A DNA stretch of 64,000 bases from a virus. The position numbers and the translations under genes are program-made. The notes under the pieces are model-generated. The model had not been told where the DNA came from. It made no database searches and saw only the letters and a program-made list of their open reading frames with translations. This document shows, piece by piece, positions 21,432 to 31,506 of this stretch. Positions within the stretch are counted from its first letter, which is position 1. Every line of letters starts with the position of its first letter. The DNA lies in IMG/VR virus record IMGVR_UViG_3300042541_002760; one strand, given 5' to 3'.

Positions 21432-21460
21432 ATTGTACGAGAATACTACGATTTCGTCAA
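21432..21460 (-). promoter_or_regulatory. Sigma70-type promoter for primase
   Basis: TTGACG-17 nt-TACAAT. Confidence 0.75.
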
Positions 21461-21573
21461 TGCCCAAAGTTATATAATTATATAACTATCGGACTAAAAA
21501 TATGAAGCAGTAAATTATTTTATCAATCTTGAATATTCGCGAGCAAAAAACGAATCGGTCGCATAGATAGCGA

Positions 21574-22158
21574 TTACAGTTTTCGCTTAAGGTCTTTGGT
21601 CTTTTTTATGTTGCGGCGAATGTACATCATTCCACGCCGACCTGGAGGTTCTTGTCCTGGAGATGCTCCCGCAATATTTCCACCACCAACAGAGTTTACA
21701 GGGGCATCTTCTTTTTGTAGATGTTCAAGGGTGAATACAACATTTTCAAATTTGTATATTGGATGTCCGAGAAATTCGTCACATGGCAACAGTTCGTTTT
21801 CTAAATGAACTCTTTTACCATGAATGATATATGTACCTGCTTTGATTGCTTTGGCATCAACACCCTCTTTGAGAGTTGCATATGTAAGACCTCGAATGTC
21901 TAACTCATGAAGGATAAGGGATTCAACCAATCCTTGAGTTGCATCATCACAATACTTTCGCAATTTATATCCACAGAGAGCAGCATCATATGGCACATAC
22001 GATTTCTGTGAGTATGTGAATGGTTCTATGCCCTCAATGATTTTTCGAAAGTTGGATACCAAAGTCTGAAATCTGTTTGGTTTCTTTGACTCTTCTGTGT
22101 TCAAAGTACAGGTCATCAGGTCTTTAAATTGATTTGTAATGAGAGTATCGATATTCAT
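21574..22158 (-). CDS. Hypothetical protein, 194 aa
   Basis: C-terminal EDAPVNSVGGGNIAG motif seen in T4-like late proteins. Confidence 0.6.
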   Translation of the reverse strand: MNIDTLITNQFKDLMTCTLNTEESKKPNRFQTLVSNFRKIIEGIEPFTYSQKSYVPYDAALCGYKLRKYCDDATQGLVESLILHELDIRGLTYATLKEGVDAKAIKAGTYIIHGKRVHLENELLPCDEFLGHPIYKFENVVFTLEHLQKEDAPVNSVGGGNIAGASPGQEPPGRRGMMYIRRNIKKTKDLKRKL

Positions 22159-22550
22159 CAGATTTTCCGAAGACGAGTTATGATTTCAGTGTCCATTACA
22201 ATCTTGACTATGTCAACTTCAAGTGAAAATTTTGGTTGAGTGTCCGAAAGATACCCTAGAAATACTAGGAATGTTTTAAGTATGTAGTGAAGATCCATGT
22301 CGATCTTGAAGAATAGGAGTCGCGTCCCTGCTTCAATGCCGAAGACATTACAGAAGGTGATGAGATGATTGAGAATTAAGCGTTCTCGAAGGACAGTGTC
22401 CTTCTTGTATCTGCGAAAAAGTCTCTTTAGATATACGATACGCGCAAGGTCTTCTTCAAACTCTTTAATCCCCATGCAGTGCGGATTGTCATAATTTCGC
22501 ATTGCATATCGGACATAATTCTCATTGGTCAGGCTGTCGCCTTTCATCAT
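22158..22550 (-). CDS. Conserved T4-like hypothetical protein
   Basis: LT.EN...YAM.NYDNPHC....EF.EDL.R..YLKRL..RY......ERLILNH motif of cyanophage-type T4s. Confidence 0.75.
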   Translation of the reverse strand: MMKGDSLTNENYVRYAMRNYDNPHCMGIKEFEEDLARIVYLKRLFRRYKKDTVLRERLILNHLITFCNVFGIEAGTRLLFFKIDMDLHYILKTFLVFLGYLSDTQPKFSLEVDIVKIVMDTEIITRLRKI

Positions 22551-22565
22551 AAAGAGCCATGGCGA

Positions 22566-23057
22566 TTAGCCGTTAGGAACAATCATTGCATGTACTTGGG
22601 TAAGACCACTTGGAAGTTTATGTGTTTCGACACGAAGAGCAAGACCATGACCAAGGAGATGAGTAATTCCATCATCCTTTGTATATCCATATACAGATCC
22701 ATCAGCACGAAGAGTTCCACCAAAACGAACGAGTGGAATAATTTCTTCGGTCTGTGTTGACAATCTCATAGCACAGTCTTTGGTCATTGTGAAATCAAGA
22801 CCGATCATTTGAAGTCTACCCTGTGCCTGTTTCAAGGCAGACACAGGGTCGATGTATGGCTTTGCAGAAAGTGCACCCAAGTAGGTATTGATGCGAGTGA
22901 TTGCAACAGGACTCAATGAAGACAGATTATAATTGCCATCGAGAGAATTGTCACCATCCTGTGGGCCAACACGCCCAACACTTCCAGATGCATCATATGC
23001 ACTTTGGTGGGGTGCATTTTCATTAATTGTTTTTCTCAGTTGCTTATAAGACTTCAT
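22566..23057 (-). CDS. Hypothetical protein with capsid-targeting-like N-terminus
   Basis: Begins MKSYKQLRKTINE; SD AGGA. Confidence 0.65.
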   Translation of the reverse strand: MKSYKQLRKTINENAPHQSAYDASGSVGRVGPQDGDNSLDGNYNLSSLSPVAITRINTYLGALSAKPYIDPVSALKQAQGRLQMIGLDFTMTKDCAMRLSTQTEEIIPLVRFGGTLRADGSVYGYTKDDGITHLLGHGLALRVETHKLPSGLTQVHAMIVPNG

Positions 23058-23069
23058 GTTGAGTTCCTA

Positions 23070-24011
23070 TTAGTTACTCTTGTTATAGTTGAGATAGTAA
23101 TAACTGCTCATCGCATTTACTGCACTCGTGGTAAGACCAGGATTTTGGTCGAAGTAAACTCTAAAGGAGGTGAATGCACTTGCACCAACTGCACCTCCGA
23201 GAGAATCCTGTGCCTTGAGATTGATGGTCTTAATGCCCGATGCAGTAGATCCTGCAACCACAAGAACTGCAATATTGTCATATCGATAAGGAACAAGATC
23301 ATCATCGGTGCTTGTTGCTCCGAAGAATGTTGTTACAACGGCGGTTGGGACTTTGGTGGTATCGTTAATATCTGTTGCACCTGTATACAACTGACATCCT
23401 GCGTTTGTGCCCGACAACCCAATTGTAAGGGTATTTGTGAAGTTTGCATCATTGACAGCAACCTTGATATATGCAGTGACTCCTGTCAGACCACCAAGCG
23501 AAGATACACCATACTTGTTAACACCATATTGGAATCCAATTCCACCCGCACGACCTGGAGTCAGTCCTGCACCACCAAATGCTCCACCTGCCATGGTAGC
23601 AATATAGTTGAAGAATGAATGGGAAACTCCTGCATCACCTAGATTGGCTCCACCTGTTGCACTATCACCGTTGAATGGGCATGAAAAGTAAGGTGCATAG
23701 TTTGGAAGATCGCTTCCCGATGTCGCGCCTTGACCCCATGAAAACCCTGTTGGGCCTGTTCTTGGAGTAAAAATTGCCGATGTTTTATCATCAACAGGCA
23801 TTGCTACCAAAAGTTCAGTAATTACAGTACCGTTGGTATATGCAGTGATTGTTGACGAGGAAGAAGATACTCCTGTCGCACCATATGCAAAAAACGAACC
23901 CATAAGAGGCATTTCCCATCCACGGACGGTACGGGTGCAAAGTCTCTTCTGAATCTTATTCAGCCATGTTGGCTTTGATTCTTCTCTGTCGTTATTTTTC
24001 CAAGTTGCCAT
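23070..24011 (-). CDS. Thr-Gly-rich probable virion protein, 313 aa
   Basis: MATW.NND...SKPTWL N-terminus; many xTG motifs; late promoter at 24036. Confidence 0.6.
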   Translation of the reverse strand: MATWKNNDREESKPTWLNKIQKRLCTRTVRGWEMPLMGSFFAYGATGVSSSSSTITAYTNGTVITELLVAMPVDDKTSAIFTPRTGPTGFSWGQGATSGSDLPNYAPYFSCPFNGDSATGGANLGDAGVSHSFFNYIATMAGGAFGGAGLTPGRAGGIGFQYGVNKYGVSSLGGLTGVTAYIKVAVNDANFTNTLTIGLSGTNAGCQLYTGATDINDTTKVPTAVVTTFFGATSTDDDLVPYRYDNIAVLVVAGSTASGIKTINLKAQDSLGGAVGASAFTSFRVYFDQNPGLTTSAVNAMSSYYYLNYNKSN

Positions 24012-24038
24012 TTCGGTATATCTCCTCTGTGTTTCTAT

Positions 24039-24338
24039 TTAGTTCTTTGCGGGATCGATAGTTTTTTTGCCATTTGTGTCAATATGAGTCTGTACAGCCT
24101 TGGCAAAATTGTTGGCTTCCTCAGTCGTTCCACGGCAGTTGCACTCGCGAATTGCTTCATTGAAGTGCTTAACAAGAACATTTCGTTGTTCTTCAAGAAC
24201 CGTTTGTTCGACAACTTTAATTGCTGCCTCTTTTGCCTTGTCATTGAGACAAGGATTGATTTCAACATCGTTACGATGCTCTTCTAAGAATTTTGTAATA
24301 TCGGCAACGATTTTGGAATTGAATGGATTGTTAAACAT
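24039..24338 (-). CDS. Hypothetical late protein, 99 aa
   Basis: TATAAATA at 24361-24368 and SD AGGAG. Confidence 0.65.
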   Translation of the reverse strand: MFNNPFNSKIVADITKFLEEHRNDVEINPCLNDKAKEAAIKVVEQTVLEEQRNVLVKHFNEAIRECNCRGTTEEANNFAKAVQTHIDTNGKKTIDPAKN

Positions 24339-24411
24339 GGTCTCTCCTGTGGATACTTGTTATTTATAGATCACGATCATCCGCTTCATATGCTTTCTTT
24401 GATATGTTGCA

Positions 24412-27400
24412 TTATGATCCCTTTTCGGGGTTGTGTCCCCATACCTTAAGTGCTAACAATTTACGAGTAGGTTTTTTGTCTTCGTCTCTCAAAGGCCCTT
24501 TTGCGCCTTTCATTCGATTGATGAAATTGACTTGCTTCCCTGCCCATTTCCAATCATTATCAGACCATTTTTCCATGGGGGTATCTAGCATTCGAATGAT
24601 TGCACGGGCAGAATCTCGACCTGTACTAATTTTACCACCGTCTGCACCTGCCTTACCTGCCTCCTTGCGGGACAGTCCTGCCTCAGTTCCGTCATCAGAA
24701 TCAAGGAATGTATCAATCTCCTTGCCCGACATATTTACAAGTTTTTGCCATTCCTTATAGAGATCCGACATCTCCTCTTCAGAAGTATCTTCCTTTACGG
24801 ACACACAATTAGGAACTTTTTTCCCATTCTTCATCTTCATTCCCAATTGTTTAAACCCTACCCAACAAGGCTTATCTTCTTCAATTTCTTTCCGCTCGCC
24901 AGGGGTGTCATGCTTGTAGGTTTTTACAATCTTATCGGTGCCGATGAGTAACGGGCCTCTCTTACTCATAGAAGTCCATTTCAACACATTGTTGATTTTC
25001 TTAGCCTCATCAAGCCATGTCTCAGACGGCTCTACATCTTCTCCATGCATCTTCCATGCAGTCGCATAGAACACTTCCTTCCACCGCTTACCATATTGTT
25101 TTCGGAATGATGCTTTGGTTTTTTCATCCTTTGAGAAACTTCGTGCAGCACCTTTGGGTGGGCTAACTTCAAGTAAAAAGAATTCGAAGTCTTCGTTGAT
25201 ATCAGTCTTAGGCTGATTCGAACCCAACTCAGAATTGCGAATCTCTTTGAGGAATTCAATATAGGTTCGTGCTAGATATGCCCCATCCTGCATATTGCGG
25301 GTCAGGCAGCGTTCTTCATATGCAATAGAAAGGCGAATCTTATTGTTGTTTGTTGTATCGCTCTGATCGATCTTCGCAAGGCGTTCGAATGCATCGTCCT
25401 GTTCGTATCGATTGTTTAACTCTTTTAACTGTCCGTTTTTTGTGAGTTTTTCATAAAGTGTATTGCTATTAAGATTGACATGTTCTTCTTTTTTCGTTTG
25501 ATTCTGTGGGTATATTGCCTCCGCAGGATCAACCAACATTCCTGTCTTGCTCAGGAATTGCAGACCGAGAAGGACTTTGGTGGACATATGGTTGCGATCA
25601 CCAATTGAGAATTTGATGTTTGGGTATTTCTTTCCATGGAATTCAATGTCCATGAAGATAACAAGTCGCTTCTTCTCCCCAATACCACTCTTGACAATAA
25701 TTCGACTGACGATTTTCTTGGTAATCTTTTTACCATTCGACAGTTTGAAGGTAACCGTGTGGTTTCCATTGTCTTTGATGTCTTCGCCATGAATCATATT
25801 GTAGCCACTGTTGCCTGTATCGACCTTGGCTTCATATTCGACTCCATCAATCTTAACTGTTTCACGAACAGTGAGGTTGGAGAACAGTTTCCAATTGGAT
25901 TTGTTGAGAATATATTCAACAAAATCTTCGACCAACTCTTTGCCCTCGACATTGTTCTTGCCCTTGCCGTCTTCATAATAGCGGTAGTAGATATTACCAC
26001 TGCCTGGGCTTGCATTCATTTCAATGATGTATGGCTTACCATCATTGATTACATGATCAACTCCGACATAGTAGCACTTGCTAACCCGAGCGGCTTCCTC
26101 CACCAACTTGATTTCTTCATCAGAGAGTTGGAATGCACCACCCTTTGAACCTCGGGCAATGTTTGTGCGGAAATCCTTAGGAGCCTTATCCCGCTTTGCA
26201 CAGGCAAAAATTTTACCATTCAGGCAGATGCTGCGAACATCATTCTTGAAATCAGGCAGGAATTCCTGCATAATGATTTCGGCATTGTATTTCCATAGAG
26301 TTTGTAGAACAGACTTCAGGCTTTCCATGCTTTCAATCTTGGACACGCCGATGCCTTCAGCCCCCGTAAGAGTCTTTACGATGACGGGGAACTTACCACC
26401 AATTTCCTTAACGGCAGTTTCAATATTGCTTTCGTCTGCAACAAATGTTGTGCGTGGGTGTGGGAGATTGTGTTTCTTGAGAGCAATTGCAGTTTCTAGT
26501 TTGTTTGCACAGAGTTCCATTCCTCCACGCTCATTGATCATGAACACTCCATTGTTCTGCAAGATGGTCATGATAGCAACACCGATATCACTATTCATCA
26601 CACCACCACGAACAACTGCTACTGTGTCGCTTGGGATAACAGTGATATCTTTACCTTCACCGTCATAATTCTTGATAGTGATTTTCTTCGAAGTAACATT
26701 TGAAATTTCTACTTGTGCTTTAGAAGTCTTCACTGCATAGAATTCAATTTTGCGCTTCTTGCAGATTTCCTGCATCTTTTCGATTGTATCGGATAGATCT
26801 TTTTCCGAAGAAGTTAGTGCAAGGATTGTTACCTTGTCACTTGGGTTTACAGCCTCTGAGATATATGACTCCCCAAGACTCAATCCCTTACGAACATCGC
26901 TGTACATCTTCTTCTTGGTGGCATTATCCTTACCTGGAACGCCCGTGGCAAACTTTTTAAAGTCTCCATCGAAAGCAGCAGATCTCATCTTGGAAGCAGA
27001 CATTCCCTCAACACCTTGAGAGTCATCATCCCGTGCCTCACCCGCCTGAACTACTTCGAATTTTTCAAATGAATATACACGCTTCTTAGGATCACGATCT
27101 GCAACCTTGCCCTTATACTTGGCAATGTTTTTAAAGTTTTCGACTTGGTCACTTCCCGCAACCATGATGATGTTCTTATATCCCAATGAGCACACATATA
27201 GAACGGCAGTATACGGATCCTTTGCCATTCCTACAGGAAAGTTGCCCTTAGGAAAAAACTTCTTAAGGTATGCAACCTTTTGCTTATGTGATAGGGGGTT
27301 CTTCTTTGAGTCTTGTGTTTCAGATGCAAATATGAAATGATCTGCATTGTGCTTCTGCGCTTCGGAAACAATCTTGTCTACCAAGACACCGTGACCGATG

Positions 27401-27483
27401 GTCGGGGGGTTCATTCTGCCGAAAGCAATAACTGCTGTGTCTTTTTTTGCTTCGTCAATTCGATGTAAGAAACGCTCTATCAC
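24412..27483 (-). CDS. Multidomain protein: HIGH-type nucleotidyltransferase + RimK-like ATP-grasp + retropepsin-like (RimB/ATP-dependent Zn protease family) + DUF3140-like C-terminus
   Basis: FGRMNPPTIGH...MSASKMR; NKLET..PVIVKT..GAEGIGV...QEFL..DVR...FRTNIARG...GVD...IIEMNASPG; AKVDTG...LLG..FL; KLVNMS.KEI..FL.SD...GRDSARAI...LKVWGHNP. Confidence 0.8.
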   Translation of the reverse strand: MIERFLHRIDEAKKDTAVIAFGRMNPPTIGHGVLVDKIVSEAQKHNADHFIFASETQDSKKNPLSHKQKVAYLKKFFPKGNFPVGMAKDPYTAVLYVCSLGYKNIIMVAGSDQVENFKNIAKYKGKVADRDPKKRVYSFEKFEVVQAGEARDDDSQGVEGMSASKMRSAAFDGDFKKFATGVPGKDNATKKKMYSDVRKGLSLGESYISEAVNPSDKVTILALTSSEKDLSDTIEKMQEICKKRKIEFYAVKTSKAQVEISNVTSKKITIKNYDGEGKDITVIPSDTVAVVRGGVMNSDIGVAIMTILQNNGVFMINERGGMELCANKLETAIALKKHNLPHPRTTFVADESNIETAVKEIGGKFPVIVKTLTGAEGIGVSKIESMESLKSVLQTLWKYNAEIIMQEFLPDFKNDVRSICLNGKIFACAKRDKAPKDFRTNIARGSKGGAFQLSDEEIKLVEEAARVSKCYYVGVDHVINDGKPYIIEMNASPGSGNIYYRYYEDGKGKNNVEGKELVEDFVEYILNKSNWKLFSNLTVRETVKIDGVEYEAKVDTGNSGYNMIHGEDIKDNGNHTVTFKLSNGKKITKKIVSRIIVKSGIGEKKRLVIFMDIEFHGKKYPNIKFSIGDRNHMSTKVLLGLQFLSKTGMLVDPAEAIYPQNQTKKEEHVNLNSNTLYEKLTKNGQLKELNNRYEQDDAFERLAKIDQSDTTNNNKIRLSIAYEERCLTRNMQDGAYLARTYIEFLKEIRNSELGSNQPKTDINEDFEFFLLEVSPPKGAARSFSKDEKTKASFRKQYGKRWKEVFYATAWKMHGEDVEPSETWLDEAKKINNVLKWTSMSKRGPLLIGTDKIVKTYKHDTPGERKEIEEDKPCWVGFKQLGMKMKNGKKVPNCVSVKEDTSEEEMSDLYKEWQKLVNMSGKEIDTFLDSDDGTEAGLSRKEAGKAGADGGKISTGRDSARAIIRMLDTPMEKWSDNDWKWAGKQVNFINRMKGAKGPLRDEDKKPTRKLLALKVWGHNPEKGS

Positions 27484-28679
27484 GAGTTTACCTTCCTGTT
27501 TTGTCTACTAAATCGTAGTCGATTTACCAATTTAGTGACTCTTCCTGAACGAGAAACCACAATACCCTCAGGATCTGTTGGAGAAATCCCGTTGTCATCC
27601 ACGAAGAAATGCCCGAAACTAGACAGCATATAGAACTTACCGAGCAAAATTTCTTTTGCTTTGGCGATAAGATTATGTAGTTCAAACATAGAATTGAACT
27701 GTGATTCGTATGCATCAACAAAGGCAAGCAACTTGTTCAGTATATCTCTTTTGCCCTGCTTGCCTTTTTCTGTCTTTAGTTTTTCAATGTCCTTGTTTAA
27801 CTTGGTTTCCAAATTCAACTTAAGACCACGGGCAGAAAATTGTGAAAGACCGCCATTAATGGTGGCATTTATATATGGAAGGATGTATTCAACTAACTGT
27901 GCATTGGAAAGAAGAACCTTCAGGAACGGCGATACCTTTTTTGATTTTCCTTCACAGTCTTTGATCATGCCCATAAGTTTGCCATATTCATCAGGCTTGA
28001 GAAGTGCAGCCGTGATGTCATATATGTTGGGGTCAGTGAACCACACATTTGCATTCTTTTTCAGGGTACTAGCATCAAAGTTGAAGGAGACAGCAGATAA
28101 CTCCTGCATCGTTTTTCCACTATAGACGGTATGAAAAGCAATTCCAAGTTTTGCAGAGGAAACCGATTTCCCAATGGCACTGTCCTTTTCAATTGCATAC
28201 ATGATCGTATTGGGAGCAAAAGTAATATATTCTTTTCCATCAATCGTCTGTGATTTTTTGGAATCCATCGTAAACATCAAGTCGCCCTGCAATACTCCCT
28301 TGATGCCAAGTCCTGGCAGATACTTTAAGCACTCGATCAATTTTGCGGCAAGATCGGAAATCGACACACCTTTCCGTATTTCTGCTTCGGTGTGATATGC
28401 AGAGACAGTTTTGCTAAATGCTCCCTTGGTAGCAACAAAAAACTTATTGTTTTCGGGATTAATCCCACACACAATAGCAGGTTTCCCATCCCATTTGGTG
28501 GAGAGTCCTAAAGAAGTCGAGCCTGTTTTCAGGCTTTCTGTAATATCTTTGAGGAATGCAATAGCCAACTTTAAGCCTTTTTCACCCTCAAGAAGCATCA
28601 GATCTTCTATATGGTCTAGATGCTTATTTCGAACTACTTCTTCGGAAAGAACTCTGTTTGCTTGTTTGAATGACAGCAT
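27480..28679 (-). CDS. Conserved T4-like hypothetical protein (nucleotidyltransferase-associated)
   Basis: NKHLDHIED, TKWDGKPAIVCG, FFVATKG, QGDLMFT, PNTI.Y, PEG.V...KLVNRL.FS..N motifs; own late promoter at 28698. Confidence 0.75.
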   Translation of the reverse strand: MLSFKQANRVLSEEVVRNKHLDHIEDLMLLEGEKGLKLAIAFLKDITESLKTGSTSLGLSTKWDGKPAIVCGINPENNKFFVATKGAFSKTVSAYHTEAEIRKGVSISDLAAKLIECLKYLPGLGIKGVLQGDLMFTMDSKKSQTIDGKEYITFAPNTIMYAIEKDSAIGKSVSSAKLGIAFHTVYSGKTMQELSAVSFNFDASTLKKNANVWFTDPNIYDITAALLKPDEYGKLMGMIKDCEGKSKKVSPFLKVLLSNAQLVEYILPYINATINGGLSQFSARGLKLNLETKLNKDIEKLKTEKGKQGKRDILNKLLAFVDAYESQFNSMFELHNLIAKAKEILLGKFYMLSSFGHFFVDDNGISPTDPEGIVVSRSGRVTKLVNRLRFSRQNRKVNS

Positions 28680-28716
28680 ATTTGCTCCGTGCGAAGTTAT
28701 TTAGGCATATTTGTAA

Positions 28717-28791
28717 TGGGCGGGATGGGAGTCGAACCCACATGAGCGCACTTATAAGGTGCGACCTTTTACCACTATCAGGCACCCGCCC
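28717..28791 (-). tRNA. tRNA-Ile(UAU)
   Basis: GGGCGGG/CCCGCCC acceptor, CGCAC-CT TAT AA-GTGCG anticodon arm, GTGGG-TTCGACT-CCCAT T arm, A73. Confidence 0.9.
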
Positions 28792-28796
28792 GTGAA

Positions 28797-30233
28797 TTAA
28801 GACCAATCACCCATAGAGGGCTTCTTTCCCTTCTTGTAGCCATACCCCCCGCCACCCTTGTTTGGAGAGTCAAAGCCATTGTCTGTGTTCTCATCCTCTG
28901 CATCAGCAGAATGATTCCCCTGAATCAACTGTTGCTGTGATTCATCAACATCAAACAACTTCATCTTCGAACGATCTATCCCAATCACAAACTTACGATT
29001 GGCAGCAACATCATTGTAACGGTTCTTCAATTGCTTGACCATGACCTGACCGACTGCATCCAATTGTTCGGTTGCAATCAGAGCAAACATAAAGTCCGCA
29101 GTGGCAGGTAGCCCGAATGATTCCGAGGTATCGGTCAATTCGACATCCGTATTGCCAAAGCCTGAACGGTTCGTCTGTGTTGCAGTAAAGATTGGCACCT
29201 TCATCTCAACTGCAAGACCACGAAGTTCCTCTGCAATTGCCTTGATATAGGTATACGAATTGACATTTGCTCCTGGCTTAAACCGAGTCGAAGCACAGAT
29301 ATTGAGATAGTCAATGAAGATGATGTCGGGCTTAAAGTTCTTCTTCAGGCGCAGTTCATCAAGCAGATGCCGAAAATGGTTGGCATTCGCTGCGGCAGTG
29401 GGATATTCCTTGATCAGGAGTTTCCCCGTGATTCCCATAGTCACCTTGGACAGACGCTTGGCATAGATATCGATGGGCAACTTCTTTAGTTCATCCATTG
29501 AAATATCCATAAGATTGGCATCGATTCGCTCTGCGATTCTTTCCTCTGCCATCTCGCAGGTGATGTATAGGACATTCTTGCTCTGTGTTAGGCAGTTGGC
29601 AGCATGATGACACATGAACAGGCTCTTGCCCACTCCTGTGCCCGCGAGGATCACATTGAGAGTCTTGTCGGGAACACCTCCTGCCGTGATTCGATTGAAG
29701 AAGTCGAGATCGAAAGGAGTCTTCTGTTCTACTCGATGATAGAACTCATAACGCTGCTCGGCATCATCAATGAAATCGTGTCCGATATGTTCATCAAAAG
29801 AAACGCTCAGTGCCGATGTTAGGATTTCGGGAATGGCATTCTTTGATCTTCCATTGGCTTTCTTCTCATCAAGAAGTTCAATAGACTCCATGAGTGCATT
29901 GTAGACTGCCTTGTCCTTACAGAACTTCTCGGTCTGATCGATGAGCCATGCCTCATCAGGTTCATCGATAGTCTTTTCGAGAGAATCCACGAGTTTAACA
30001 CACTCGTCAAATTCTCCCTGTGACAGCCCATCCTGCTGATTGAGGATGATATTCAGTGCTTCGCGGGTAGGGGCAATGTTATACTTGCCGATAAACTCAG
30101 AGACTGTCTTGAACAATCTCTTCTCACAGGTGTCATGAAAGTACTCTTCTCGCAGGAAGGGTTGCACTCTACGGGTGAAATCTGCACGGTGCAACAGGCT
30201 TCGCAGGATAATGAGTTCGATCTTATCTGTCAT
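28797..30233 (-). CDS. gp41: Replicative DNA helicase (T4 gp41-like)
   Basis: LAGTGVGKSLFMCH, EMAEERIAERIDANL, DYLNIC, TATQTNRSG, SESFGLPATAD, KQLKNRY. Confidence 0.97.
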   Translation of the reverse strand: MTDKIELIILRSLLHRADFTRRVQPFLREEYFHDTCEKRLFKTVSEFIGKYNIAPTREALNIILNQQDGLSQGEFDECVKLVDSLEKTIDEPDEAWLIDQTEKFCKDKAVYNALMESIELLDEKKANGRSKNAIPEILTSALSVSFDEHIGHDFIDDAEQRYEFYHRVEQKTPFDLDFFNRITAGGVPDKTLNVILAGTGVGKSLFMCHHAANCLTQSKNVLYITCEMAEERIAERIDANLMDISMDELKKLPIDIYAKRLSKVTMGITGKLLIKEYPTAAANANHFRHLLDELRLKKNFKPDIIFIDYLNICASTRFKPGANVNSYTYIKAIAEELRGLAVEMKVPIFTATQTNRSGFGNTDVELTDTSESFGLPATADFMFALIATEQLDAVGQVMVKQLKNRYNDVAANRKFVIGIDRSKMKLFDVDESQQQLIQGNHSADAEDENTDNGFDSPNKGGGGYGYKKGKKPSMGDWS

Positions 30234-30243
30234 AGGTTCTCAT

Positions 30244-30282
30244 AGTATAGCACAAATGCCGAGGTTTTGCAAGGCATTATAG
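30244..30282 (-). promoter_or_regulatory. Sigma70-type promoter for helicase
   Basis: TTGCAA-17 nt-TATACT with extended TG. Confidence 0.7.
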
Positions 30283-30299
30283 AGATGAAAACAAATAAA

Positions 30300-30929
30300 T
30301 CATTTGCTTTGTTTCTTGTGAACAACCAACAGGTCATCATATCGATTCTTGACCTTGCGAAGATCAACTATCTCTGACGAGGGAATCAACTTATTCAGAT
30401 ATTGTGCCTCAGATTCTGTTTGGACATCTTCAATGACATACAGCCCATCTTTGTTCAGAAAGTCCTCTAAGATCAAGAAACTTGCTATCTGATGGGCAAA
30501 TTGATGAGACCCATCATCAATAATGATATCGTACTTTCCCAAAAGATGATCAGTTACCCTTGGTAAGGTAGCATCCAATTGTAGTATTCGAATTTGATTA
30601 TCAGCCGAAGCCGCCTGTTTGACTTTCACCTGCAAGGTACTTAGGTCAATGTCGATGCCCGTAATCTCCGCATTTGGAAAGTACTCTCGCCACATAAGAA
30701 GGGAGATACCGCCCTGCACCCCAATCTCCAATAAACGAATTGGTTTATCTCTGATAGAAGAAAACAGGGATTCGTAGTAGTCTATGTACGAGTGAAGGGT
30801 TCCCTTGTCTGAGTTCTGAAGATCGTGATGGTTTGGATGGCAAATACTTTGATAGTAAAGAGTTCTATAGATCTGATCGAGTGTGCTTTGCATTTTTGTT
30901 CCTTGATTAATAGGTGTCATGTGATTCAT
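30300..30929 (-). CDS. Class I SAM-dependent (sugar O-)methyltransferase
   Basis: SDKGT.HSY...Y, LLEIGVQGG.SL.MW..YFP, GIDID, DIIIDDGSH, YVIEDV. Confidence 0.85.
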   Translation of the reverse strand: MNHMTPINQGTKMQSTLDQIYRTLYYQSICHPNHHDLQNSDKGTLHSYIDYYESLFSSIRDKPIRLLEIGVQGGISLLMWREYFPNAEITGIDIDLSTLQVKVKQAASADNQIRILQLDATLPRVTDHLLGKYDIIIDDGSHQFAHQIASFLILEDFLNKDGLYVIEDVQTESEAQYLNKLIPSSEIVDLRKVKNRYDDLLVVHKKQSK

Positions 30930-30957
30930 TTGTTATGGTCTTTCTATAAAATTTTTG

Positions 30958-31506
30958 TCAATAGTCTGCGTCTGTTAATGGTTTGCCTTGCATGTCTTTG
31001 ACAGACAACAAGGGATCGATGCCTTCAAGTTTCCAATCAATACCAATAAGAGGATCGTTCCATGCGATGCAACGCTCAAATTGTGGTGCAAAGAAATTTG
31101 TGGTCTTGTAAAGGAATTCTGCGGTTTCACTGAGAACTAAAAATCCATGTGCAAATCCTGGTGGGATCCACAGTTGCTTTTTGTTCTGCGCGGAAAGAAT
31201 TTCGCCTACCCACTTGCCAAATGTGGGAGATGACTTACGGATATCCACCGCAACATCAAACACCTCTCCTTGCGACACACGCACTAACTTTCCTTGTGGT
31301 TGTTGCTTAGTTTGGTAGTGCAGTCCGCGCAACACGCCCTTTGCAGAGCGTGAATGATTGTCCTGTACAAATTGAGGTGCGGATTGACCAAGTGCTTGTT
31401 CAAATACACGCTCGTTGAAACTTTCGTAGAAGAATCCCCGAGAATCTTCAAATACCTTGGGCGTGAAGCAAATCACATCTGGAATTGTCAATTTTTGTAC
31501 TTGCAT
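30958..31506 (-). CDS. rmlC: dTDP-4-dehydrorhamnose 3,5-epimerase
   Basis: DSRGFFYESF, FVQDNHSRS.KGVLRGLHYQ, PQGKLVRV, DVAVDIR, WIPPGFAHGF; start re-assigned to MQVQKL. Confidence 0.95.
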   Translation of the reverse strand: MQVQKLTIPDVICFTPKVFEDSRGFFYESFNERVFEQALGQSAPQFVQDNHSRSAKGVLRGLHYQTKQQPQGKLVRVSQGEVFDVAVDIRKSSPTFGKWVGEILSAQNKKQLWIPPGFAHGFLVLSETAEFLYKTTNFFAPQFERCIAWNDPLIGIDWKLEGIDPLLSVKDMQGKPLTDADY

